Source: Halorhodospira halophila SL1
Lineage (GTDB): Bacteria; Pseudomonadota; Gammaproteobacteria; Nitrococcales; Halorhodospiraceae
Length of the DNA stretch: 32,000 nucleotides
Assembly (NCBI RefSeq): GCF_000015585.1
Contig: NC_008789.1
Span: 1,590,001-1,622,000, forward strand
Direction of reading: 5' to 3'
Below are positions 10,460 through 18,273 of the stretch, one piece after another. A program made the position numbers and the translations under genes. The first letter of the stretch is position 1. Each line of letters begins with the position of its first letter. The notes under the pieces were generated by a model, which did no database searches, had not been told where the DNA came from, and was given only the letters and a program-made list of their open reading frames with translations.

Positions 10460-10489
10460 AGGCTAGCAAGCCCCACAAGCGACCGTCAA
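10460..10489 (-). promoter_or_regulatory. Candidate sigma70-type promoter of hrcA, immediately upstream of CIRCE
   Basis: The minus strand reads TTGACG (10489-10484), N18, TAGCCT (10465-10460). CIRCE starts a few nt after the -10 element, which is the classical arrangement. Confidence 0.35.
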
Positions 10490-10545
10490 CGCGTTGTCTG
10501 GCAGCCAATTGGCGCCTTCTGGGCGACGTGGTACCGTTCCCGACC

Positions 10546-11469
10546 ATGGACGAACATCCACCACCGCCCTTCCCCACCGTCGGCATCATCGGCAAACCGG
10601 GCGACCCGGCCATCGCCGGACTGGTCGAGCGGTTGCTTCCCATGCTCGAGGCGCGAGGCTGTACGGCACTGCTCGATGAGCAGTCCATGCCGGAGACCGG
10701 CGACGACCGCCATCCGCAGCGGGTTTCCCGCGAGACCCTGCTCGATGCCTGCGACCTGATCATCGCCATCGGAGGGGACGGCACCCTGATCCATATCGCC
10801 CGGGCCGTGGCCGGTCGCCGGGACGTGGCGCTGATGGGGATCAATCGCGGCCGCCTCGGCTTCCTGGTGGACATCGCCCCGGAGCACCTGGACGAGGTCG
10901 CACAGATTCTCGACGGTCAGCACGTCGTCGACGAGCGCCTGCTCCTCCACGCCGAGATCCGCTCGAACGAGGATGACACCCTGCTGCGCGAAGACGTGGC
11001 CATCAACGAGGTCGTCCTGCACCGCTGGAACACCGCACGGATGATCGAGCTGGTCACGCGGATCGACGGCGAGCCGCTCAGCGACCACCGCTCCGATGGA
11101 CTGATCCTGGCTACCCCGACCGGCTCAACCGCCTACGCCATGGCCGGTGGCGGCCCCATCGTGCACCCCAACCTGCACGCCATGCTGCTGGTCCCCGTCT
11201 GCCCGCACACACTGAGCAACCGTCCACTGGTCGTCGACGGCAGCAGCCGCATCGAGATCGACGTCCATCCGCGGTTCATCGAACATGTCCGGGTCAGCTG
11301 CGATAGCCAGAACGACCTGACCCTGCAGGCGGGCAGCCGGCTCGTCGTACGGGCCCATCCGAGCCCGGTCCGCCTCGTGCACCCGCCGGGCTACAGCTAC
11401 TTCAACCTGCTCCGCGCCAAGCTCGGCTGGGGCGGGCCGCTGTGCAACATCGAACCGTTCGGCGCATAG
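10546..11469 (+). CDS. nadK: NAD(+) kinase
   Basis: Starts MDEHPPPPFPTVGIIGKPGD and carries the GGDGTLI motif (IAIGGDGTLIHIAR) and TPTGSTAYAMAGGGPIV. The ATG at 10546 is preferred over the ORF-track start at 10450, which would run into the hrcA promoter region. Confidence 0.9.
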   Translation: MDEHPPPPFPTVGIIGKPGDPAIAGLVERLLPMLEARGCTALLDEQSMPETGDDRHPQRVSRETLLDACDLIIAIGGDGTLIHIARAVAGRRDVALMGINRGRLGFLVDIAPEHLDEVAQILDGQHVVDERLLLHAEIRSNEDDTLLREDVAINEVVLHRWNTARMIELVTRIDGEPLSDHRSDGLILATPTGSTAYAMAGGGPIVHPNLHAMLLVPVCPHTLSNRPLVVDGSSRIEIDVHPRFIEHVRVSCDSQNDLTLQAGSRLVVRAHPSPVRLVHPPGYSYFNLLRAKLGWGGPLCNIEPFGA

Positions 11470-11480
11470 GGAGAAGCGCT

Positions 11481-13151
11481 GTGCTCAGGGAAATCCACAT
11501 CCGCGATTTCGCCATCGTCGAGCGACTCGACCTGGAGTTCGGCGAGGGTATGCATGTGCTCACCGGCGAGACGGGCGCCGGCAAGTCGATCCTCCTCGAC
11601 GCCCTCGGCCTGTGCCTGGGCGACCGGGCCAAGGCGGAGATCGTCCGCCCCGGCACCGACCGCGCCGAGGTCAGCGCCGTGTTCGATCCCCCGTCCACGC
11701 GGATTGCCCGCTGGCTGGCCGAGCGCGAGCTTGAGGGCGAGGATGAAGTCATTGTCCGGCGCGTCATCCAGAGCAACGGACGCTCCCGCGGGTTCATCAA
11801 CGGCACGCCGGTTGCGCTGCAGATGCTCCGTGAGCTCGGTGAGCAGCTGGTCGACATCCACGGCCAGCACGCCCACCAGTCGTTGCTCCGCCCCGCTACT
11901 CAGCGAGAACTGCTCGACGCCTACGCCGAGGCCACCGAGGCCCGCCGCGAGGTCGCCGAGCGCTTCCGCGAGCTGCGCGATCTCGACCGTGAACTCACCG
12001 ACCTTGAGGGCCAGGACAACGACTACGAAGACCGCCTCGCCCTGCTGCGCCATCAGGTCGATGAACTGGAGGCGGCCGCCCCTTCCCCGGACGGCCTGAC
12101 AGAGCTGGAGAACGAGCACCAACGGCTGGCCCACGCCGAATCCCTGATCACGCTGGCCCAGACCCAGCTCCAGGCCCTATCCGATGACGACCACGCAGCC
12201 CAGGCCCTGCTCGGCCGGGCCGTCCGCGAACTTGAAGAACGGCGTGACCTCGCCCCGGCTCTGGGCGAGGCGGCGGATCTGTTCCAAAACGCCCTGGCCC
12301 ATCTCGAAGAGGGCTGTCAGACCCTGCGCGCCTTCGCCGACGGGCTTGAGATCGACCCGCAGCGGCTGGCTGCGCTCGACCAACGGATCAGTGACCTACG
12401 GGATCTTGCGCGCAAGCATCGGGTTGAGGTCGAGCAGCTGCCCGAGACCCTCGAAGCGTTACAGGCCCAACTGGAACGCCTGGAAAACGCCGGTCAGCGT
12501 CTGGAGATCCTGCGCCAGGAACGTAGGGCGGCCGTCGAGCGCTACCAGGAGGCGGCCCGGCAACTCTCCCGGCAGCGTCAGGAGGCGGGGGATCGCCTGG
12601 CCACCGAGGTCAATCAGCTGCTCTCGGAGCTCGGCATGGCGGGCGCCGCACTGATCCCGGTGATCGAGTTCGAGGCGGAGGCCACCCCGAGCGGGCACGG
12701 CCTGGATCGGATCGAACTCCAGGTCCGAACGAATGCCGGCCAAGCCGCCGGCCCCCTCGCCAAGGTCGCCTCAGGAGGCGAGCTCTCTCGCCTCGGTTTG
12801 GCCATTCAGGTCGCCACGGTCAACCGCGCCAGCGGGGTCCCGACGCTGGTCTTCGATGAGGCCGACACCGGCATCGGCGGCGCCGTCGCCGAGGTCGTCG
12901 GGCGGATGCTGCGCACACTGGGCCAGCGCTACCAAGTCCTGTGCGTAACTCACCTGCCTCAGGTGGCTGCCCAGGGCGGGCACCACTTCCTGGTCCGCAA
13001 GTCCGAGGCAGAGGGCAGTACCCGCACTGAGGTCGACCCCCTCTCAACCACCCAGCGGATCGAGGAGATCGCCCGCATGCTCGGTGGCCTGGAGATCACC
13101 GATCACGAGCGCGCCGCGGCCGAGCGGATGCTCGAGCGCGGCGGCAGCTAG
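11481..13151 (+). CDS. recN: DNA repair protein RecN
   Basis: A GTG start at 11481 gives VLREIHIRDFAIVERLDLEF, with a GGAGAA Shine-Dalgarno 5 nt upstream. It has Walker A (GETGAGKSILLDAL), an SMC signature (ASGGELSRLGLAI) and Walker B (LVFDEADTGIGG). Confidence 0.93.
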   Translation: MLREIHIRDFAIVERLDLEFGEGMHVLTGETGAGKSILLDALGLCLGDRAKAEIVRPGTDRAEVSAVFDPPSTRIARWLAERELEGEDEVIVRRVIQSNGRSRGFINGTPVALQMLRELGEQLVDIHGQHAHQSLLRPATQRELLDAYAEATEARREVAERFRELRDLDRELTDLEGQDNDYEDRLALLRHQVDELEAAAPSPDGLTELENEHQRLAHAESLITLAQTQLQALSDDDHAAQALLGRAVRELEERRDLAPALGEAADLFQNALAHLEEGCQTLRAFADGLEIDPQRLAALDQRISDLRDLARKHRVEVEQLPETLEALQAQLERLENAGQRLEILRQERRAAVERYQEAARQLSRQRQEAGDRLATEVNQLLSELGMAGAALIPVIEFEAEATPSGHGLDRIELQVRTNAGQAAGPLAKVASGGELSRLGLAIQVATVNRASGVPTLVFDEADTGIGGAVAEVVGRMLRTLGQRYQVLCVTHLPQVAAQGGHHFLVRKSEAEGSTRTEVDPLSTTQRIEEIARMLGGLEITDHERAAAERMLERGGS

Positions 13152-13194
13152 CGGGCACGGGCGACGCGAGCACGGTCGGCCGCCGCCCGCGCTG

Positions 13195-13653
13195 TCAGGA
13201 TTCGGAGTCACCGGCGCATTCGGCGCATACGCCGTAGAGCACGAGGGAGTGACCGGTCATGCGAAAGGCATACTCTTGGGCGGTCTCCCGCTGCCGCTGC
13301 TCGATGGTATCGTCCACGAACTCCTCGACCCGACCACACTCCACGCAGACGATGTGATCGTGGTGGGCGGTGTCGTTCAACTCAAAGACGGAGTGACTGC
13401 CCTGGAAGTTATGACGGACCAGGATGCCTGCCGTCTCGAACTGCGTCAGAACCCGGTAGACCGTGGCCAAGCCGATGTCCTCTCCGGCATCCAGCAGGGC
13501 CCGATAGACCTCCTCGGCCGAGACGTGGCGCTGCCGGCTCTGCTGCAGCACCTCCAGGATCTTCATCCGCGGCAACGTGACCTTAAGCCCCGCCTTGCGC
13601 AAGCCACCAGCGTCCACAGCTTCCCCTCGCCCACTGTTCGTCGATTCGGTCAT
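13195..13653 (-). CDS. fur: Ferric uptake regulator Fur
   Basis: Carries AGLKVTLPRMKILEVL, HVSAEEVY, GLATVYRVLTQFETAGI and HHDHIVCVECGRVEEF. Confidence 0.93.
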   Translation of the reverse strand: MTESTNSGRGEAVDAGGLRKAGLKVTLPRMKILEVLQQSRQRHVSAEEVYRALLDAGEDIGLATVYRVLTQFETAGILVRHNFQGSHSVFELNDTAHHDHIVCVECGRVEEFVDDTIEQRQRETAQEYAFRMTGHSLVLYGVCAECAGDSES

Positions 13654-13671
13654 TAGGCTACCATCTCTTCT

Positions 13672-14007
13672 ATGATGACACCATCCAAATGCAAGTTATT
13701 CTTATTATGCGTTCTCGGCGCCTCCGTCGCTAACGGCTGCGGCGGTCAGTTCCCGCTGGCGCAGCCACTGGAGATCGAGCAGGGGAACCTGCTTGAGGAA
13801 GAGGACATCGAGCAGATCACCGTCGGCATGAGCCGGAACCAAGTCCGCCAGCGGCTCGGCACCCCCGTTCTGGAGCACGCCTTCGAGGACGATCGCTGGG
13901 ACTACCTCTACGAGCGCCGAGGCAGCCAGGAGGCCCGCAAGCGACTGACGCTCCACTTCGATGGCGATGAGCTCGTCGAGATCGAAGACCACTGGACATC
14001 CCGCTAG
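13672..14007 (+). CDS. bamE: Outer membrane assembly lipoprotein BamE (OmlA/SmpA)
   Basis: Has a lipoprotein signal peptide with lipobox VANGC, then IEQGNLLEEEDIEQITVGMSRNQVRQRLGTPVL...DRWDYLY. It is divergent from fur, as in Pseudomonas omlA-fur. Confidence 0.85.
   Translation: MMTPSKCKLFLLCVLGASVANGCGGQFPLAQPLEIEQGNLLEEEDIEQITVGMSRNQVRQRLGTPVLEHAFEDDRWDYLYERRGSQEARKRLTLHFDGDELVEIEDHWTSR
13691..13709. promoter_or_regulatory. Fur-box-like AT-rich 19-mer inside the bamE signal-peptide codons
   Basis: The minus strand reads CATAATAAGAATAACTTGC, matching 12 of 19 positions of GATAATGATAATCATTATC. It lies 38-56 nt upstream of the fur ATG. The segment uses three rare TTA Leu codons in an otherwise GC-rich genome. 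Confidence 0.3.
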
Positions 14008-14018
14008 CCCCTGGTCAT

Positions 14019-14324
14019 TCAGGAGGCCTTGCGGGCGGCACGCCGCTTGCGGGCCTCTTTCGGATCCACCTGCAGCGGCCGGTACACCTCTACGCGGTCA
14101 CCATTGTGCAACGGGGTATCAAGACCGACGATCTGCCCGAACACGCCGACCGACTGCCGCGTCAGATCGATCTCCGGGTGGCGCTCCAGCACTCCGGAGG
14201 CGTTCAGGGCGTCTCCCGCCGTGCTGCCGGCCGGCAACTCGACCCGCAACACCGTCTGCTGCCCCGGCAGCGCGTAGACGACCTCGATCCCCAGCTCCCC
14301 CTCAGAGGACATCGCGCTCTCCAT
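14019..14324 (-). CDS. rnfH: RnfH family ubiquitin-fold protein (RatB/YfjF, UPF0125)
   Basis: Reads [28 protein letters not shown]...[26 protein letters not shown]...[10 protein letters not shown]. It overlaps the 3' end of ratA. The start may be the internal ATG at 14312. Confidence 0.85.
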
Positions 14325-14748
14325 AGACCTCGCGGGCCCTCCGGGCGAAGCTATCCACCAGCGTGTTGGCGACCTGGGTGAAGACCTTGCCGAACGCGTA
14401 GGCCACGATCCGGTTGGAGAACTCGAACTCCATATCCAGGGTCACCTTCGACGCGCTCTCGCCCAGATCCCGGAATCGCCAGTACCCTTCCAGGCGCTGG
14501 AACGGCCCCTCCACGAGCCGGATGTCGATCATCTTGCCCCGCTGGTGGCGATTGGCAGTGACGAACGACTTCTCCATCCCGCCCTTGGCAAAGGTCATCC
14601 GGGCGCGGGTCGTGTCCTCACTGGTTTCGAGGATCTCGCACTCCTTGCACCACGGGATGAACTCCGGGTAGCGGGCAACGTCATTGACCAGGTCGTAGAT
14701 CTCGACCGCGGTATAGGGGACCAGCTCACTTCGGCTGATACTCGGCAT
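14302..14748 (-). CDS. ratA: SRPBCC-fold RatA/YfjG (Coq10-like) protein
   Basis: ATG at 14748 gives [34 protein letters not shown] (148 aa). The 349-aa ORF-track version is a GC-driven upstream extension that would cross the smpB gene. Confidence 0.88.
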
Positions 14749-14865
14749 GGGGCTTCCCGTTCTCCAGCGTTCCGGACCTTGACCGGCCATTGTCACGATC
14801 CGTATCGCCCCCGACAACCATCGCCCCGGCACGAGCGCTTTGCGCGGCGGGCCGGCGTCGATACA

Positions 14866-15363
14866 ATGCGCCCCGTGAGCAAGAAAGCCGGAAAAAGCAA
14901 AAAGACCGAAGGCAACGTCATCGCCCTCAATCGCAAGGCGGGCTTCGACTTTTTCGTCGAAGAGCGCCTGGAGGCCGGGCTGGCGCTGGAGGGGTGGGAA
15001 GTCAAGGCGCTGCGGGCCAAGCGGGTGAACCTGACCGAGAGCCATGTCCTCGTTCGACGCGGCGAGGCCTGGCTGATCGGGTGCAACATCACCCCGCTGA
15101 GTACTGCCTCGACCCACATCCACCCGGACCCCACCCGAACGCGCAAGCTGCTGCTTCACCGCCGCGAGATCAATCGCCTGATCGGCGCCGTCGATCGCGA
15201 TGGTTACACCGTGGTCCCGCTCAAGCTCTACTGGAAACGCGGCCGCGCCAAGATCGAGATCGGCGTCGCCAAGGGCAAGAAGAAGCAGGACAAGCGGGCG
15301 GATAAGAAGGAGCAGGACTGGCAGCGTCAACGCGAACGCCTGCTCAAGCACAAGGTCAGCTGA
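14866..15363 (+). CDS. smpB: SsrA-binding protein SmpB
   Basis: Starts [50 protein letters not shown] and ends in a basic C-terminal tail. It lies immediately upstream of ssrA. The GTG at 14875 is an alternative start. Confidence 0.93.
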
Positions 15364-15410
15364 CCGGAGCGGCGGAGATCCGAGTCGCCCCGGCCGGCCT
15401 GATCGCTGCC

Positions 15411-15439
15411 TTGCTGTGGAACTCCAGCGACCTTACACT
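15411..15439 (+). promoter_or_regulatory. Sigma70-type promoter of ssrA
   Basis: TTGCTG (15411-15416), N17, TACACT (15434-15439), ending 17 nt upstream of the mature tmRNA 5' end. Confidence 0.5.
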
Positions 15440-15456
15440 GTCTACTCAGTTGCAAC

Positions 15457-15813
15457 GGGGGCGACATGGCTTCGACGCAGGTCGCGAAACCCGAGGTGCA
15501 TGCCGAGGTTACAGTCAACCTCGTAAAACAGGCTGTACTTAAAGATAGTTGCCAACGACGACAACTACGCCCTGGCGGCGTAACACCCGCCAGCTGCTCC
15601 CAGTCGGTGCCTGTGCCGGCTGACGAGCAGTCATAGACGCAGGATAGCGATGCACGGATCGGCCCGGTCCGGCATCGTGAAACTCAACGGGCTCGCGGAT
15701 GGGACGCCCTGCCGGTCGGGCGCCCAGCCGTTAAATAGAATAGACCGGCTAAGCATGTAGGACCGACGGTGTAGCTCCTGCGGACGCGGGTTCGATTCCC
15801 GCCGCCTCCACCA
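15457..15813 (+). ncRNA. ssrA: Transfer-messenger RNA (tmRNA), tag peptide ANDDNYALAA
   Basis: The 5' end GGGGCGACATGGCTTCGACGCAGGTCGCGAAACCCGAGGTGCATGCCGAGG parallels E. coli ssrA. The tag reading frame is GCC AAC GAC GAC AAC TAC GCC CTG GCG GCG TAA at 15551-15583. The 3' tRNA-like end is GGTTCGATTCCCGCCGCCTCCACCA. Confidence 0.95.
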
Positions 15814-15848
15814 GACCTTGACGAGTCATCCCCGCACATCACCTGAAA

Positions 15849-15872
15849 CGCCCGCCAAGGCGGGCGCTTCTC
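15849..15872 (+). terminator. Candidate intrinsic terminator of ssrA
   Basis: CGCCCGC-CAAG-GCGGGCG, a GC stem with a tetraloop, followed by CTTCTCC. Confidence 0.5.
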
Positions 15873-15975
15873 CGATCGCAAGACCTACCGATACGCGCCG
15901 CCCCCCCCCGGGCGGCACGGCACACAGTCGAGCGACCGCCCTATTATCAATCACCGCACCCGACGCGCAGAGGCA

Positions 15976-16479
15976 CTACCAGGCGCCCAGGCCCTGGACC
16001 ACACCACCAGCGCCCGCACCGGCGATCACCGGCAAGGGTAGAGAGGCGAGCAACCGAACCCCGGTGGCGCGGCCGCCGAGCATCGGCAACTCGAAAGCGG
16101 CGACCCGGTGAAAGGCGAGCACCGACCAGGCCGTGAGCAAAGCGATTAACTGCGGGGTGTCAGCCCCGGCTTCCAGGAGCACCACTACCAGCGGGAAGGC
16201 CACCACCGGCCCACCGGGCAGGAACCCTCCCAGCACCGAGGCCAAGAGCACGCCGAGCCACCCCGAGCCTGTACCGAAGAGCGAAGCGATCGCCTGCTCC
16301 GGGATCAACACCGCCAGAAACGCCGCAGCGAGCAACGCCGCCGGTAGGCGCGCAAGCAGCGGCCGAAGCTGACGTCCCCCCTCCTGCACCGCGGCACGAT
16401 GGCTTGCATGGGGCAGAAAGTGGGCCAGCAGCACGGAAGCCGCCAGCAGGGCCAGGATGATCAGAAAGGCAGTCAGCAT
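15976..16479 (-). CDS. Half-size integral membrane permease subunit (paralog B; possibly DUF318/ArsP-like superfamily)
   Basis: ATG at 16479 gives MLTAFLIILALLAASVLL (167 aa, hydrophobic throughout). It is about 45% identical by eye to the upstream gene (LIPEQAI...LPGGPVVAFPLVVVLL...LLTAWSVLAFHR...LASLPLPV). Confidence 0.7.
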   Translation of the reverse strand: MLTAFLIILALLAASVLLAHFLPHASHRAAVQEGGRQLRPLLARLPAALLAAAFLAVLIPEQAIASLFGTGSGWLGVLLASVLGGFLPGGPVVAFPLVVVLLEAGADTPQLIALLTAWSVLAFHRVAAFELPMLGGRATGVRLLASLPLPVIAGAGAGGVVQGLGAW

Positions 16480-17003
16480 GGCGTCGGCATCAGACGACGG
16501 GCCAGAGGACGAACCAGCAAGGCAGCGAGGAAGGGCAGCGGCAAGGAAACCAGCATCTTCAGCGCCACGAAGTCCAGGCCGAAGAACGGCACTTCCCAGA
16601 CCAGCGCCCGATTGAGGCCAAGCACCGACCAGGCTGTCAGGTAGGCCACGCACACCTCGAAGGCGGCCCCGGTGCGCAACAACGCCACAACCAGCGGGAA
16701 TGCGGCGAACGGCCCCCCCGGGGTGAGCGCACCGGCAGCGGTAGCCAGCACCAGCCCCCGGGCACCACTGCGCCGGCCCAGCCAACGCTCGATCGCGTGG
16801 CGGGGAATCAGGGTCTGAACATACCCGGACATGAGCACCGCCGCCAGGATGATCGGCGCTACCTGAAGCATCAGCTCGGCGGCCCGAGCCAGTGCCTCCG
16901 CCCAGACCGCCGGCCCGTGGAGGACGTAAACGGCGGTGCCGGCAAGCAGTGCCAGGAGCAGGAAAACGAGGGTCATGGGATCGAAGCGGCGTCGAACTGG
17001 CAT
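16473..17003 (-). CDS. Half-size integral membrane permease subunit (paralog A)
   Basis: 176 aa with LIPRHAI...TPGGPFAAFPLVVALL...YLTAWSVLGLNR...LVSLPLPF. Its stop TGA (16475-16473) overlaps the next ATG (16479-16477) as ATGCTGA. The start is uncertain (17003 or the internal ATG at 16976) and there is no obvious Shine-Dalgarno. Confidence 0.7.
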   Translation of the reverse strand: MPVRRRFDPMTLVFLLLALLAGTAVYVLHGPAVWAEALARAAELMLQVAPIILAAVLMSGYVQTLIPRHAIERWLGRRSGARGLVLATAAGALTPGGPFAAFPLVVALLRTGAAFEVCVAYLTAWSVLGLNRALVWEVPFFGLDFVALKMLVSLPLPFLAALLVRPLARRLMPTPC

Positions 17004-17164
17004 AGCGACTCAGGGGAACGTCCCTTTCTGGACCCGAGCAGGGGCCAAACGAACCGTGCGCCACCTGGTCCCTCTGCGGAGGGATCGGGCGGCGCAGTCT
17101 TGGGTTTGCAGAAGCCGAATCAGGCGCTTCTAGGCCAACCCGGCGGGTGAGCCGATCACGCCTC

Positions 17165-17485
17165 TCAGGACGCCGGTGCGTAAACCGAGCACCACCCTTC
17201 AGCCCGGACGAGCACGTCGTCGAAGTCCGGATGGGTGCAACGCCCCCAGCCGTTCTCGACCCCCTCCCCCCAAAAGACACAGTTCTCGCAGAGCTGACCC
17301 TCCTCGAACCTCGCATGATCGGAGGCATCCGCCGCATCGTTAACGTAATCGTGGGCGTGGCCGTCTTCGGCGCGAGACTCGGCCCGGACGCTGCCGTGAT
17401 GGAGCAGGGTCGATAACGGCAGGGCCGCCAGCGCCGCAGCGCTGCCCTTGAGGAAGGTCCGACGACTCTTGTCGATTCCGCTCAT
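17165..17485 (-). CDS. hip: High-potential iron-sulfur protein (HiPIP) precursor with a twin-arginine signal
   Basis: Starts [24 protein letters not shown] (TAT motif SRRTFLK). The mature part has four cluster Cys residues (CENCVFW...GRCTHP...[10 protein letters not shown]). An AAGAGG Shine-Dalgarno lies 9 nt upstream of the ATG at 17485. Confidence 0.93.
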   Translation of the reverse strand: MSGIDKSRRTFLKGSAAALAALPLSTLLHHGSVRAESRAEDGHAHDYVNDAADASDHARFEEGQLCENCVFWGEGVENGWGRCTHPDFDDVLVRAEGWCSVYAPAS

Positions 17486-17526
17486 GCTAGTCACCTCTTT
17501 TCCGCTCGGTTTACGTTGCGAGTTTG

Positions 17527-17555
17527 AGCCTACGCCTCATCGGCCCCGTATCCAA
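17527..17555 (-). promoter_or_regulatory. Candidate sigma70 promoter of the HiPIP gene
   Basis: The minus strand reads TTGGAT (17555-17550), N17, TAGGCT (17532-17527), about 40 nt upstream of the ATG. Confidence 0.3.
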
Positions 17556-17661
17556 CCTGAAACGAGCGGGGGGCGTGTTGCAGATCGGGGCCAATTGAAT
17601 CCCCAGGTTTATCAAAGAGAGATCGGAGAATTGGGGGCCCGCAGACCCAATGAATTGCTTC

Positions 17662-17690
17662 TTGAAAAGGATCTGTTATCTTGTTAGATA
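17662..17690 (+). promoter_or_regulatory. Sigma70 promoter of the H-NS-like gene within an AT-rich island
   Basis: TTGAAA (17662-17667), N17, TAGATA (17685-17690). It sits in the most AT-rich ~80 nt of the window. Confidence 0.5.
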
Positions 17691-17701
17691 TAAATGAGTG
17701 T

Positions 17702-17727
17702 TTCCGGATAAATACCACAATCCGGAA
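17702..17727 (+). promoter_or_regulatory. Perfect 8-bp inverted repeat just downstream of the predicted hns-like transcription start (operator or 5'-UTR hairpin)
   Basis: TTCCGGAT (17702-17709), N10, ATCCGGAA (17720-17727). Confidence 0.35.
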
Positions 17728-17797
17728 GTCGCATAAACGGTCAAGGGACGGACCCGGACAGCCCTCGGGCATTCTCCAACCAGGAGCCGACACCCCC

Positions 17798-18145
17798 ATG
17801 ACCAGCAAGCAGCTTGAAGCCATCAATCTGGAGGCATTCACGGACCAAGAGCTCGACACCCTCGAAAAGCGCGTGGCCAAAGAGCGCAAAAGGCGCGACC
17901 GAAGCCGGATCGAGGAAGCCGAGAGAGAAATCCGCCTGGTAGCCGCCAAATACGGCATCAAGCTAGAGGAGGCGCTTAGCGATCTGAACGGTCGTACGGG
18001 GCCCTCACGCCGCCGCGTTCCCCCAAAATACCGCCACCCGCACGACCCCGACACGACTTGGTCCGGCCGGGGCCGCACCCCGCGCTGGATCCAGGAGTGG
18101 GAGCAGCAGGGCGGCAGCCGCGAGGAGCTGCGGATCGCGCACTGA
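17798..18145 (+). CDS. H-NS family nucleoid-associated DNA-binding protein (115 aa)
   Basis: Has a coiled-coil N-terminus (ELDTLEKRVAKERKRRDRSRIEEAEREI) and a C-terminal H-NS DNA-binding motif (YRHPHDPDTTWSGRGRTPRWI). A CAGGAG Shine-Dalgarno lies 11 nt upstream of the ATG at 17798. Confidence 0.85.
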   Translation: MTSKQLEAINLEAFTDQELDTLEKRVAKERKRRDRSRIEEAEREIRLVAAKYGIKLEEALSDLNGRTGPSRRRVPPKYRHPHDPDTTWSGRGRTPRWIQEWEQQGGSREELRIAH

Positions 18146-18208
18146 GCCCTGCTGCACCGCGCCCCCCGGCCACATGGCGTGGGCACCGGCCAGACACGCA
18201 CGAACCGC

Positions 18209-18231
18209 CCGGGCCAGTCGCCCTGGCCCGG
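18209..18231 (+). terminator. Stem-loop after the H-NS-like gene
   Basis: CCGGGCCAG (18209-18217), a 5-nt loop, then CTGGCCCGG (18223-18231). There is no U-tract. Confidence 0.4.
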
Positions 18232-18237
18232 TGACGG

Positions 18238-18267
18238 TTGGACAAACCGGCGGGCGCAGTTCACTAT
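18238..18267 (+). promoter_or_regulatory. Candidate promoter placing the transcription start at or next to the ATG of the orphan gene (possible leaderless mRNA)
   Basis: TTGGAC (18238-18243), N17, TCACTA (18261-18266), with the ATG at 18274. No purine-rich Shine-Dalgarno lies in between (TTTCCCC). Confidence 0.3.
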
Positions 18268-18273
18268 TTCCCC

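Noticed and set aside
11400-11480. LexA (SOS) box upstream of recN
   Set aside because: The only CTGT-N8 candidate (CTGTGCAACATCGAAC) lacks the ACAG half-site, and there is no convincing palindrome. recN may be read through from nadK or use a box type I cannot recognise.
14302-15351. 349-aa extension of ratA
   Set aside because: The extension runs antisense through smpB. The RatA/SRPBCC similarity begins at MPSISR (ATG at 14748).
15901-15909. C9 homopolymer tract, a possible slipped-strand phase-variation site
   Set aside because: It lies in the non-coding gap between two convergent 3' ends and forms part of a GCCGCCC/GGGCGGC hairpin. It has no promoter or coding context on which length changes could act.
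15814-15975. Possible genomic-island attachment site at the 3' end of ssrA
   Set aside because: The window has no integrase or excisionase. The only recurrence of the ssrA 3' end that I saw is the 8-mer TCGATTCC (15792-15799 and 17472-17479), which is too short to be meaningful.
15976-17337. 453-aa ORF treated as a single gene
   Set aside because: Only its last 167 codons (from the ATG at 16479) look like a membrane protein. The upstream part is R/P/G-rich nonsense that overlaps the paralogous permease (another frame) and the HiPIP gene.
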